IMG/VR virus record: IMGVR_UViG_3300005842_000001
Location: 8,806 to 72,805 of that record
DNA length: 64,000 bases
Reading direction: 5' to 3' (one strand)
Origin: a virus
This document shows, one piece after another, positions 36,102 to 45,988 of this stretch. Position 1 is the first letter of the stretch. The number at the start of each line of letters is the position of its first letter. A program made the position numbers and the translations under genes. The notes beneath the pieces were generated by a model. It was not told where the DNA came from. It searched no databases and was given only the letters and a program-made list of their open reading frames with translations.

Positions 36102-38062
36102 TGTTTCCATCAGGCGGGCAGGAAGTCACTGTCAAGGTCAACCTGAAACTTGATCAGGACTCCTTGTCTGCGCTGAACCCTATTGGTAGTGCTGCAAAGA
36201 ATCAGCAGCAAACAATCCGACAAGCAACTGGCGGCAACTCAATGACCGCCGCCATGTCTGCTTATTCAGCAGTGAGCTACCCCAAGCATGGTAGCTTCAA
36301 TATGCCTGCGCTGTCGAGCCAAGGCGACTACGAAAATACTCCCTATAGTCTCTCGCCTCATATCGTTGCTCAGAAGAAACAGAGAGCGTGGGACAACTAC
36401 GCCATGAACATTGCTGGCGGGACTGGCAATGCAGCAAGTCTGGGCTGGGGTGGGCTGTCAGAAGAAAGCGCGTTGAACCCTTCAAAGAATCGTGGTGGTG
36501 CAACGATAGCAGAAATCAATGGAACAAAAGAGCATCTGAAAAGTTTTGGTAAAGATGTAACGAAAGCAGCCGCCAGCCTCACTTACTTAACGTCTCAATC
36601 GCATGGCTTCGCCGCTGCCATGCAAAGAGCAATCAGCGTGTTGGCGACAGTTCAAACGATTTCCAGCAGTGCCAGCGCTCTTGGATCGCTTGGCAGTGCT
36701 TTGTCGAGTGGTGGGGTAAGGGGCTTGATCGGTGCTGCTGGCGGCGCTGGTAGCATGCTCACTGCTGGTGCTACGCTTGGCGTTGGGCTTGCTGGCTATG
36801 GTCTCTATCACGGTACTGAAAGCGGCGACAGCTATTTTGGTAGTCTGCGGCGAACCTATGCAGACATTTTTGGTGGCGGTCGTGTCAATAGTCGGGGGAT
36901 GTGGATCAGCCAAGATCGACAGCAAGGGAACACGAACTATCGTTTCTCTGAGAGCATGCGTAGGACTGCCATGCAAGCTCCTGGCCAGTCGATTCAAGCC
37001 GAAGCGATGGAAGGCCGGTTCTACAACCAACAGAGCTTTGATCGATCACAGAATCCCTACGGCGGTTTTATCGGCTACTCATCGAACCCATTCAGCAGAG
37101 CGTATCAGGGCAACCTTGCTGGCATTTCAGGCATCATCGGGCAGGGCATGTCTGGCGCTGCTCTCAATCCGTTGCAAGCAGAGTTCCAGCAGTTGGGTCT
37201 ACAGCAGCAAGTAGAACAGCAGAGCTACGCTTTTGGCAACAAGGCTGCTGGACTCAATAGAGACTTGAAGTCCAACAGCAGACTGAAAGCGCAAGTCAAC
37301 GCTGAAATAGATCAGACGAAAGAAGCCTATGCCGCATTCAGCAATGCACGTCAGGGCGGCGACAAAAACCGTGTCACTGATCAGATGGTTGAACAGGCAG
37401 GGAGGTATGTGGCTGCTCTCGAAAAGATGAAGCAACTAGAGGAAGATCGTGTAGGCATTGAGTCGAAAATTGCTGAACTGAATCGAAGCCAGATACAAGA
37501 CGCTATCGAGTTGGTGAAGATCAGGCGTGATCAAGTCAATGCTCAACTTGCTGGCGAGAAAGGTCAGTATCAGAGTGGCGTAGAAAACTATGGCATGATG
37601 GACGTGGGCCAGCGTTCGCTATTGGCGATGGTGGGCAGAAAGTACAAGCAAGGCGGCTTTGACAGCTTGACGCCTGAAGAGTCTCGTATGCTACTTCAGA
37701 CGCCGCTTGCTGAAGACGTGAAGAAAGATTCACGAGAGAAGTTCGGCAAAGAATATGAGGACATTTTCTACAAAGGATCAGCACAGGAAAAAAGAATCAA
37801 TGCTCTACAAGGCGAGCAAGGCCAGTTGGGTCAGATACAAGTTCAGCTTCAAACAAAACTCGACGCCCGCATTGAAGCGGACGCCGATGAATTGTCAGGT
37901 AAAATTGTCGAGCGACTAGCGCCATGGATCAGAAAGATTGAATGGGCCATCACTGCTGTCGAAGGTCTGAAGCAACAGCGTCAAGATGACGCCAACCGCA
38001 AGATCGGTCAAGATGCTCAGAACAACAACAACGCTAGAGCCGCTGGGGGTGGAGGCTGGTAG
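36101..38062 (+). CDS. tape measure protein
   Basis: A/G/S/Q-rich helical protein of 653 aa after the chaperones. Confidence 0.75.
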   Translation: MFPSGGQEVTVKVNLKLDQDSLSALNPIGSAAKNQQQTIRQATGGNSMTAAMSAYSAVSYPKHGSFNMPALSSQGDYENTPYSLSPHIVAQKKQRAWDNYAMNIAGGTGNAASLGWGGLSEESALNPSKNRGGATIAEINGTKEHLKSFGKDVTKAAASLTYLTSQSHGFAAAMQRAISVLATVQTISSSASALGSLGSALSSGGVRGLIGAAGGAGSMLTAGATLGVGLAGYGLYHGTESGDSYFGSLRRTYADIFGGGRVNSRGMWISQDRQQGNTNYRFSESMRRTAMQAPGQSIQAEAMEGRFYNQQSFDRSQNPYGGFIGYSSNPFSRAYQGNLAGISGIIGQGMSGAALNPLQAEFQQLGLQQQVEQQSYAFGNKAAGLNRDLKSNSRLKAQVNAEIDQTKEAYAAFSNARQGGDKNRVTDQMVEQAGRYVAALEKMKQLEEDRVGIESKIAELNRSQIQDAIELVKIRRDQVNAQLAGEKGQYQSGVENYGMMDVGQRSLLAMVGRKYKQGGFDSLTPEESRMLLQTPLAEDVKKDSREKFGKEYEDIFYKGSAQEKRINALQGEQGQLGQIQVQLQTKLDARIEADADELSGKIVERLAPWIRKIEWAITAVEGLKQQRQDDANRKIGQDAQNNNNARAAGGGGW

Positions 38063-38468
38063 AGCCACTGAAGCAAGCGTAGCCGATGCTGTAAAGAGTG
38101 TCGGCATATTTCATCGCTGCCTCATTCAGCTTGCGCCCACTCTGGCTTGGCGGCTTCGATTCTTTGTTGCAGAGTGCATCCTCATATCCTTGGCGAAGGA
38201 AAGAGAAGTAGCTGACGCCTGAAGTGAGCTTGAGCCAGAACTCATCAGCGATCCACTCGTGGTTGTCGCTGAGCTTCAGCGTCTTGCACCACAAGAGCAT
38301 CAACAGACCTTGGACGGTAACTTCGCCCTTGTCAGTGGGGGCAGTCATTGGAGAAGCCATCATAGACCATGATCGACCGTTGCCGGTTCCAATTGCAACA
38401 TCTGCATAGAGCAGTTCACAATTAGGGTAACGATCAGGAGTTTGGGTAAAGAAAATGCGATTGATCAT
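38034..38468 (-). CDS. opposite-strand moron-like hypothetical protein
   Basis: ATG MINRIFF after AAGGA; AT-rich TATATAT motif upstream; fills an otherwise empty gap. Confidence 0.6.
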   Translation of the reverse strand: MINRIFFTQTPDRYPNCELLYADVAIGTGNGRSWSMMASPMTAPTDKGEVTVQGLLMLLWCKTLKLSDNHEWIADEFWLKLTSGVSYFSFLRQGYEDALCNKESKPPSQSGRKLNEAAMKYADTLYSIGYACFSGSTSLHPQRL

Positions 38469-38615
38469 GTTGATGTTCCTTTGTTTGAGAAGCCCCCTTG
38501 TGTAAGACACTGGCGAGTCATATTGGCTCACCTATCTATAAATATATATGCGCTGATGCCAATAGTAAAATAAAGCTACGTGGAAACTTGGGTGAATCTT
38601 TGTAAAATTGCGGTC

Positions 38616-39350
38616 ATGCAACTGTTCCTGTCAAACGGGTACGCGCACCAACCCAATGAAGTCAAGGTGCTGTCGATGCAACGCCGGGAAGAAAAAAACC
38701 CCGGCGATCAGCGGACAGCTACTATTGAAACAATGGAGTTGGAAGGCTACCTATTTGCAGTTGATCAGCCTTCTTTGACACTTGGACTGTTGCGACTGAA
38801 AGCAGCGTACAGCCTCAATGGGTTCGAGGCAGTCTTCCTCGACAATTCAGGGAACAATTCAGCTTATCATCTTGGCGGGCCGACGAGTCGGGGAGGTTGT
38901 GACGTGATCGCCGGGCCTACTCTCATTGCTCAGTATGGCTCTGACTACACGAACTACCACACCTATCGAATCACTCTTGAGGCTGCATACGATTCTATCT
39001 TTGCCGACATTTGGGACTTTCATGAAACGCTGTCATGGACTGGCGACGGGAGCCCTGAAGTTATCTGGATGCCGAATCTCAACATGAAGCCACAGAAGCA
39101 AATAACGTGGGACTCTACCACGTTTCAATGCGTTCAAAAAGGTGTTGTGGTCGGCATGTTTCGTTATGTCAATCCTCCCCCGCCGATCTTTCCTCAGTAC
39201 CTCAAGGGTCGAATGACTCAGCAAGAAGAGGATGCTCCAAGGCGCTATGGGCCTCTAGGTCGTCCGTATTATCGTGAGTTCGCTCTCAGGTATTCTTACA
39301 CTTTTGAATCAGATGTACCGTTGCTAGGTCATCCTAACAGGTGGGTCTAA
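38616..39350 (+). CDS. putative distal tail protein
   Basis: First + strand gene after the tape measure gene. Confidence 0.55.
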   Translation: MQLFLSNGYAHQPNEVKVLSMQRREEKNPGDQRTATIETMELEGYLFAVDQPSLTLGLLRLKAAYSLNGFEAVFLDNSGNNSAYHLGGPTSRGGCDVIAGPTLIAQYGSDYTNYHTYRITLEAAYDSIFADIWDFHETLSWTGDGSPEVIWMPNLNMKPQKQITWDSTTFQCVQKGVVVGMFRYVNPPPPIFPQYLKGRMTQQEEDAPRRYGPLGRPYYREFALRYSYTFESDVPLLGHPNRWV

Positions 39351-39351
39351 T

Positions 39352-40623
39352 ATGCCTTCGACGATTCTTTTTCGTGCTGATGCCACCAAAGTTGCTGGCC
39401 AATCATCGATCACGATCACTGGCTATGACGTGGCAACTACCTACAGCTTGACGATTGGTAACAAGGTTGTCAGTACGCTCGGCGTGGGCGGCACAGCGGC
39501 AACGACTGCGGCGGCGCTGCAAGCGTTGGCAGCGGCATCACAAGACCCAGAGTTCCTTGAACTTAATTTCACTGTTATCAGTGCAACGATCTTTTGGACT
39601 GCCAAAGTTGCTGGTGTGGCGTTCAATGTAACTGGAGCGCCGACGGGTGGCGCTGGAACCATGTCAGGCGTTTCTATCGTTATTGCGAGCAGTGGCCCTG
39701 GCGATCTTAGCGTGTTGGCTAATTACAGCGGCGGTGCATTGCCAGCCGCTGGCGATACTTTGATTTTTGAAAATCTGAGAACTGCCTCAACAGACATTCG
39801 ATATGGTCTTTCAGCGCTATCAGGCATTGCGCTGGCTAAGATCATCTTCAGAAATTGCAGCATCGATTTTGGTTTGCCACAACTCAATCAACTTGGCTAT
39901 TTTGAATATCGCCCTCAGTACCTCACTTTGAATGCTGCCATCATTGAGTTCGATTGTCCTGAGTGTCAGCTTGGACGACTTGATACAGGAGCAAATCAAG
40001 TTGCGATCACAGTAAAAGCAACAGGCACCAGCAAGGTCAATGGGCTAAAAACTCTGCTCTGGAAAGGCACGCATGCTTCTAATGTCTGTTATTTCGATAG
40101 GGGTCAGATTGGTGTAGCTGTGCTGGCTGGCGAGACTGCTGTGATCGCTACGATGAATTGCGGATATGTTGTCTCGGCTACATCTGATTCAGTTGTCCAG
40201 ATCGGATCGAATGCAAGCACCGTAACTCTTGGAACAGTTAATCGAACTGGTGGAACGCTCGACCTCTATTGCGGTACAAGCGGCACGATCACCAGCAAAG
40301 AGAGCGCTGGCTTGATCAGACTGTTCACGAGCAGCACGACAGCATTCCTCTTGAGCTATGCTGGTAGCATTCAGCATTTCGGAAGCGGCACGATCACCAA
40401 CATGACTCTCGGCAATAATGTTTCTTTTGACAGCACTCAGAATGAATATGGCTTCCAGATTACTAACGTGGTGCAAGGGTATAAAGGCTGTTCGTTCATT
40501 GATCCATTCAAGCGGGCTGTTGCTCCTGCGGCGGCTGTTTGGCTTGGCATCAAGGGCAATGGTTGTAAGAATAAGGACATGACCGTAGACCGGGGCGAAG
40601 ATTGCATCATCCAGGCTGCTTAA
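39352..40623 (+). CDS. putative tail protein
   Basis: T/G/A-rich and beta-strand-like. Confidence 0.6.
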   Translation: MPSTILFRADATKVAGQSSITITGYDVATTYSLTIGNKVVSTLGVGGTAATTAAALQALAAASQDPEFLELNFTVISATIFWTAKVAGVAFNVTGAPTGGAGTMSGVSIVIASSGPGDLSVLANYSGGALPAAGDTLIFENLRTASTDIRYGLSALSGIALAKIIFRNCSIDFGLPQLNQLGYFEYRPQYLTLNAAIIEFDCPECQLGRLDTGANQVAITVKATGTSKVNGLKTLLWKGTHASNVCYFDRGQIGVAVLAGETAVIATMNCGYVVSATSDSVVQIGSNASTVTLGTVNRTGGTLDLYCGTSGTITSKESAGLIRLFTSSTTAFLLSYAGSIQHFGSGTITNMTLGNNVSFDSTQNEYGFQITNVVQGYKGCSFIDPFKRAVAPAAAVWLGIKGNGCKNKDMTVDRGEDCIIQAA

Positions 40624-40627
40624 TTCT

Positions 40628-42538
40628 ATGCCACATTTCGAGCAAGGTACTGTCAACTTCCCTGGCATACTCGCCCCCGTAGGGGGGCGATATGCTTTGA
40701 CGAGAGGCATCAACCCTGGCATCATTGAGATTCATTGTTGCAATCAGAGAATTGAAAACTTCCGTGGTGCCACTGGCTCTGTTATCTTTCAGCATCAGTC
40801 CACCGGGTTCTACTTAGAGTTGATCAATTGCAGAGTGTTCCATCACGATCTGATGATTGGTGGAACCAACAAAGAACTCACGATAGCTCTTGAGGATCGG
40901 CGCTGGCTCTGGCGGTTCCCTAGCATCAGCGGCTGTTACAATCGCAAGACAGCCGATCAGACGATTTACAAAAACTATCGAAAGAATCCGCAAGAGTTGG
41001 CGAAGTTATGCCTTGAAGCGATGGACGAAAAAGGCTATGACGTGTCAGCGCTTCCCACCAACGACTACCCCCCTATTGAGTGGTACGCCAGTAATGCAGC
41101 GGCGGCGCTGGAGAATCTTGTCAACCTTTATGGTTGCTGTACGACGCTGAACCTCAATGGTTACGTCGTCATCTGCAAGATCGGCGTGGGCAATCCTCTT
41201 CCTCTCAATCTACCATACGACACCAACAACGAAGCGATCATAGCCCCTATACTTCCTGATAGTTACGAAGTGCATTTCGGGCCGACAAAGTATCGGGTAA
41301 ATTCCCTGCTACAGTCAGTGGCCATTGACGTGGATGGCGTGATCAAAGGTGCGAACGAAGTAAGCTACAAACCAAAGGTAACAGAAACTGGCGGCACTCC
41401 TCAATACGCCTGGGACACTGAGATTCCTGGCACGTTCCCTGTGCTGCTTACAAAAGAACTTGAAGGCAACGCTCACTCTGGCCAGCGCCTATTCATTATG
41501 GACTTGGCCCGAAAGAGCATGTTCAAATACTTCCAGATCAGCACATATCAGCCTGATCCTTCTGCTAGCGACCAGAGCCGTGGCGCTCCGATGGAGATAC
41601 CGGGTTGCAAAATCAAGATCGAGGATATTGATCAGTTGTTGCCAATCGACGACACGCTTTACAATGTGTGTCTCGATCCTAGTGCTACTGCTCAAGACCT
41701 GAAGAATAATCGATTCAACCAAGTGTCAGATACCAATTCGATTTCTGAACGGTTGTGGGATGTTGTTGATCTAAGTTTGGTTTGGGGGACGTTCTTCAAG
41801 TCCCTTGGCCACTTCATTGGCACTGCAAAGCAAACAAGTGAGATTGCTTTCAAAAAACCTGAAGGCGAAAACAGTTACAATGCTGGCGGTTATCAGATCG
41901 ACAAAGAGCGTGGCATCGTCATGTTCGATGATTATGTGTACAAGATGACTAACCCTGATGATGTAAATAATTCAAAGAGGACTTTTCCCGATCTGGCATT
42001 GAGCTTCATGACCTCAGTGCGTGACAGGAAAACAGGGGCATTCGACCACTATACATATAAACGAGACAGCAAGATCACCAAGAAGAATGGCACCAAACCT
42101 CAAGTGATCATGAAGCCAGAGTATCAACTCGTGGTGACTCACGAGATGTTGAACGGTGGCAACCCTGGCCCGGCAAAACAAGTCAACAAAAAGATGCTCG
42201 ATCAGATCGCTGAATACTACATCAACTTCGTTGAGCAGACTTCCTTGCTTCAGAATCCACAAACGATCAGATACAATGGGCTGCAAGCTGTCAACCCTGA
42301 TGGTGCGGTCGTGAGCGTGACATTTGAAGTGGGCGGCGGCGGTGCGAAGACGACAGCAAGCTACAATGATGAACGCCATCCGTGGCTTCAGCCTTATGAA
42401 ACTCGCCGCCTGAATGAGCGAACTCGACAAGGAATCAATCAGTTCGGCTTTATTCCACCAGCTTTCTTTTTTGCTCCTCGTGCCTTTCCTTATAACATGG
42501 GTTCTGTATTCTCAAATGTGCAGCCATCAAGGCGCTAA
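40628..42538 (+). CDS. putative tail tip/hub protein
   Basis: 636 aa; LEDRRWLW, IDKERGIVMF; gene position. Confidence 0.6.
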   Translation: MPHFEQGTVNFPGILAPVGGRYALTRGINPGIIEIHCCNQRIENFRGATGSVIFQHQSTGFYLELINCRVFHHDLMIGGTNKELTIALEDRRWLWRFPSISGCYNRKTADQTIYKNYRKNPQELAKLCLEAMDEKGYDVSALPTNDYPPIEWYASNAAAALENLVNLYGCCTTLNLNGYVVICKIGVGNPLPLNLPYDTNNEAIIAPILPDSYEVHFGPTKYRVNSLLQSVAIDVDGVIKGANEVSYKPKVTETGGTPQYAWDTEIPGTFPVLLTKELEGNAHSGQRLFIMDLARKSMFKYFQISTYQPDPSASDQSRGAPMEIPGCKIKIEDIDQLLPIDDTLYNVCLDPSATAQDLKNNRFNQVSDTNSISERLWDVVDLSLVWGTFFKSLGHFIGTAKQTSEIAFKKPEGENSYNAGGYQIDKERGIVMFDDYVYKMTNPDDVNNSKRTFPDLALSFMTSVRDRKTGAFDHYTYKRDSKITKKNGTKPQVIMKPEYQLVVTHEMLNGGNPGPAKQVNKKMLDQIAEYYINFVEQTSLLQNPQTIRYNGLQAVNPDGAVVSVTFEVGGGGAKTTASYNDERHPWLQPYETRRLNERTRQGINQFGFIPPAFFFAPRAFPYNMGSVFSNVQPSRR

Positions 42539-42547
42539 CTTGGGGAA

Positions 42548-42865
42548 ATGATCATGAAAGCTGGCACTGTTTTTCCAAAAGATCACGAGACGTTTGGAGC
42601 TTGGGTAGGCAAAGCTGCTACCTACATTTCAAAAGATCAGGGCGTGGTGATCGCAAAGAGCGTGGTAGTTGATAATGGTTTTGAAATTGCTCTGAGTGTC
42701 GGAACCGACGACAAGATCACTCTTCAGCACATTGGGGCAGATGGTAGACTTCATTGGGCTGTTGTGTCACCAGAAGCATACGAAAGAGCAGTCGTCGAAA
42801 TGCTCGAAACGCTCAAGGGGAAGGTGAAGCTCATTCCTAAAGACACTGAAGAGGTCGTGTCTTAG
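42548..42865 (+). CDS. hypothetical protein
   Basis: GGGG upstream. Confidence 0.55.
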   Translation: MIMKAGTVFPKDHETFGAWVGKAATYISKDQGVVIAKSVVVDNGFEIALSVGTDDKITLQHIGADGRLHWAVVSPEAYERAVVEMLETLKGKVKLIPKDTEEVVS

Positions 42866-42871
42866 AAACTT

Positions 42872-42943
42872 CGCGGGGTGGACCAGCGGTAGGTCGTCGG
42901 GTTCATAACCCGAAGGTCGTGAGTTCGATTCTCACCCCCGCAA
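42872..42943 (+). tRNA. initiator tRNA-fMet(CAT), CCA not encoded
   Basis: CGCGGGG...TCGGG-TTCATAA-CCCGA...GTGAG-TTCGATT-CTCAC-CCCCGCA-A; C1:A72 mismatch and three G-C pairs in the anticodon stem. Confidence 0.92.
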
Positions 42944-42955
42944 TTTTGGTGAGCC

Positions 42956-43390
42956 ATGCTCGATAGAGAACAATCAACCCCTCATACTGATTTTCAGCGC
43001 AAGATACCTTGCTTCAATAATAGTGAGACCGTCACACTCCCAGCCTTCGGTAGCTGCTCTGCAATTGATATGGATGTGGATGACACTTCAGGCGAGGGAT
43101 CGTTGACTGTAGACGTGCCAGCGAACGATAACGACAAGCTGGCTTACTTCGTGACTGAAGCTGCTATCCCACCCCAAAGTTCTGGATTCGTTCAAGTCGA
43201 TTTCCCTGCTCTTGCTCTGTATGACGATGCTGATGGCACTCCTGGCTTGGATGAGCAGTGGGGGACAAAAGCTGGTGAGGTCAAGCTCAGAAAGGGCAAG
43301 ACGGGATTCCTAACCCGCCCTTGGGCTGCTGGCGTGACTCCTAGAATCTCTAACTCAGTGGTAGTAGAGAGGGAAGTATGCCGGTTCTAA
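42956..43390 (+). CDS. putative tail-associated protein
   Basis: Paralogous to the N-terminus of the next gene. Confidence 0.6.
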   Translation: MLDREQSTPHTDFQRKIPCFNNSETVTLPAFGSCSAIDMDVDDTSGEGSLTVDVPANDNDKLAYFVTEAAIPPQSSGFVQVDFPALALYDDADGTPGLDEQWGTKAGEVKLRKGKTGFLTRPWAAGVTPRISNSVVVEREVCRF

Positions 43391-44478
43391 TCGGCCCTGA
43401 TATGTGTCTGAGACGACTTCCAGTGATCAACAACACTGCTGAAGACTGTCCTGTGTATGGCGCGTGTGAGATTTCTAGGCCAGATGAAAACGGTGTTTAT
43501 CAACTTAGGAAGCCTGACAAAGATGATTCAGGCACCGCCTACATCAATACAGAATCAGTGATCAAAGCTAATGGCGGTAGAGGGTATGTTTGCCGCCAAA
43601 CTCCGACGTGGGCTTTATATCATGCTGCCGATGGCGATCCTGACAACAGGGAGAGCATAGGCACTCGATCTGGCTTCTGGGAATTGCACCGGGGGTACGA
43701 AGGGTTCATAGTTATTGGTGGTGCTGATGGAACCAAAGTCTATGTAGAAAGAGACGTAACGTGTCGTGATTTAGTGAGCGGTGGGTATTACGGGTATTAT
43801 CCAGCAGGTCGTCCAGCTTCCAATCCATCAGATTGCCCCTCATGCCCAGGAGGAATCGGACCATCACAGATCATTGTTGACGTATTATTTTCTGGCAGTT
43901 GCTCTGGGAATTACACAATAGACGAACACGCCACAGGAACATCTTTATCTTTCTCATGTACTTCAGCAGGAATAGTTGAGCCTGTTTGCTTGCCACCGAC
44001 AGCGCCATCGTCGCATCGCAGCAAAATACAAAGTGTTGTCGAAGAACATTCGTGCTTTTCTAATGTGACGATAACATACACGCACGTTGGTGGTAATGTT
44101 TTCGTTCCCGATGTGTCAACTCTGCATGGTTGCAAGTTGCATTTCTACGGGAAGATGTGCAACAGCCTTGGCGTGCCAGAGTCATACGATTTTACTGCTG
44201 AAACTATTTTAACAGTCGAGAATATCACACTAAACGCTGGCTGCACTTCTGCAACCATAGCGTTCACAGGAAGTATCATTTATACTCCGGCGACAATAAC
44301 TTTGATGTTTGCCACCTTTACAGTGCCCACTGATTTCTGCGTATCTATTTGCCCCGAAAACTATTCAAAGACAATTACTGGCTCGCCGTTGTGCATTGGT
44401 TCTGCAAGCCCGTTCCCGACGGCCCCTCTCTTTACTTGCGATTGCCACATGGCATCTATTGCGTGGAGGCTGGCTTAA
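43378..44478 (+). CDS. Cys-rich putative tail/fibre protein
   Basis: Shared N-terminal domain plus Cys-rich C-terminal half. Confidence 0.6.
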   Translation: MPVLIGPDMCLRRLPVINNTAEDCPVYGACEISRPDENGVYQLRKPDKDDSGTAYINTESVIKANGGRGYVCRQTPTWALYHAADGDPDNRESIGTRSGFWELHRGYEGFIVIGGADGTKVYVERDVTCRDLVSGGYYGYYPAGRPASNPSDCPSCPGGIGPSQIIVDVLFSGSCSGNYTIDEHATGTSLSFSCTSAGIVEPVCLPPTAPSSHRSKIQSVVEEHSCFSNVTITYTHVGGNVFVPDVSTLHGCKLHFYGKMCNSLGVPESYDFTAETILTVENITLNAGCTSATIAFTGSIIYTPATITLMFATFTVPTDFCVSICPENYSKTITGSPLCIGSASPFPTAPLFTCDCHMASIAWRLA

Positions 44479-44479
44479 A

Positions 44480-45679
44480 ATGAAAATAAGTCTGCCATCA
44501 TGTTCTTACCAAGGAGAGATTACAGAGGGACGATTTTTTTGCTCGAATCCACATGTTGTGTCTCGCCTGCCTGATGGCAAGCATGACATATCTATTTGCG
44601 ACAAATGTAATCGACACTCGGAGAGGCCGCAAGAGAAACCGCATGCACCTCAAAACAAATCTAGCAGCAATCTTCTTCGCTCACTTCCTATCGCCAAGCA
44701 ATGCAAGTATTTAGGCGACCGGCTCACGCCGGAGGAAGTCAAAGAAAAGCAGTTGACGGGATGCCGAACTTGTAGCGGTGAAGTACCTGCGTTTCATTGC
44801 AAGTTTCCCGGCATGAAGAAGTTTAATGACGGGCCGTATACTCGGATTGCTGAGTGCATGAACTGCACGGACTGGAAAGGCAAAGACACCATCATCGAAT
44901 CTCCTGCTTACGGCAAGCACGGCGTGGTCATAGGCTCCTACGGCATGCCGGGTGTGGTTGAGCTCTCCATCGCCATGATCCGTGAGACCTGCGGCCCGGA
45001 CATACCCATACTCATTGCCGACGACTGCACTCCTGAATCGATGGGCAGGCAGCGGCTACTCTCGCTTCCCACAAAATACCCTGGTGTTTCACTACACATG
45101 ACTGGCGAGAACTTGGGGCACGCGCCGGGCGATATCCGTGCCTACCGCAACGGTATCAGATGGGCCGAAAAGCACGGCATCAAATACATCTGCAAACTCT
45201 CCCAGCGGTTCATCTTTTTGTCTGATCGCTGGCTTCAAGATGTTGTTAGGGAGATGGAGATTCACGGATATGCTACGTCTAGCCAACGAGCGGTGCATCT
45301 TCACATGCAGTTCGCTATCCGGTCAGAGTGCGTGTTCATGGATGTGAAGAAATGCGTAAATAGTCCAGGGTTAATGGCGAGGCTCGATCCTCCTGGCGGT
45401 AAAATACCAACTTCAGCAGAGAGTTGGTTGCATGCTGGAATTAACGAAGGTAAATTATTACCGGTCATGCGATGCCGCCTGATGCCGGTAGACAGGTTTG
45501 GAAAACACAGCTCTGTTCTTTGGCACAACTCAGATGCCGATGATAGTTGTCAGGGGGGGGCTGAAGCATATCATAATCTTGCAAAAGAAATGGGCATTGA
45601 CCTTGGGCCTGAGTTTAGTGGCGCTGGCTGGCATGTCATCGCATCAATGCGGCCCGATGCTAATTATAAAATGCTTTAG
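44480..45679 (+). CDS. Cys-rich N-domain + GT-A (family 2-like) glycosyltransferase
   Basis: VVIGSYG...SIAMIR...ILIADDCT...NLGH..G...NGI. Confidence 0.65.
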   Translation: MKISLPSCSYQGEITEGRFFCSNPHVVSRLPDGKHDISICDKCNRHSERPQEKPHAPQNKSSSNLLRSLPIAKQCKYLGDRLTPEEVKEKQLTGCRTCSGEVPAFHCKFPGMKKFNDGPYTRIAECMNCTDWKGKDTIIESPAYGKHGVVIGSYGMPGVVELSIAMIRETCGPDIPILIADDCTPESMGRQRLLSLPTKYPGVSLHMTGENLGHAPGDIRAYRNGIRWAEKHGIKYICKLSQRFIFLSDRWLQDVVREMEIHGYATSSQRAVHLHMQFAIRSECVFMDVKKCVNSPGLMARLDPPGGKIPTSAESWLHAGINEGKLLPVMRCRLMPVDRFGKHSSVLWHNSDADDSCQGGAEAYHNLAKEMGIDLGPEFSGAGWHVIASMRPDANYKML

Positions 45680-45734
45680 TCTTGACCTTTCTCACGCAAT
45701 GTGTATATGGTTAGCCAATAAGGGGAATCACGCC

Positions 45735-45923
45735 ATGTCGAAAATCTTTACAGTCCTGTCATTATTACTGCTCATCGGCTGTAACCAGCAGCCTACGACA
45801 GCACAGATCGCTGAAGGCATCATGATAGCCGAGAAAGAAAAGAAGCTCGACAACATGCTTGATCGGCTTAAATCAATGAAGGCACACGCTCAGAGCATTA
45901 AGGATATTTCAGCAAGTAAGTAA
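45735..45923 (+). CDS. small lipoprotein
   Basis: MSKIFTVLSLLLLIG-C lipobox. Confidence 0.6.
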   Translation: MSKIFTVLSLLLLIGCNQQPTTAQIAEGIMIAEKEKKLDNMLDRLKSMKAHAQSIKDISASK

Positions 45924-45988
45924 TGCGGCATCCTTGCCGACAGTTCTCAATCTCCTAGCTATATGCTACACGGCCAGGAGATAGATAT

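Noticed and set aside
19878-45679. Diversity-generating retroelement or invertible fibre cassette
   Set aside because: No reverse transcriptase, invertase or template/variable repeat pair was noticed by eye.
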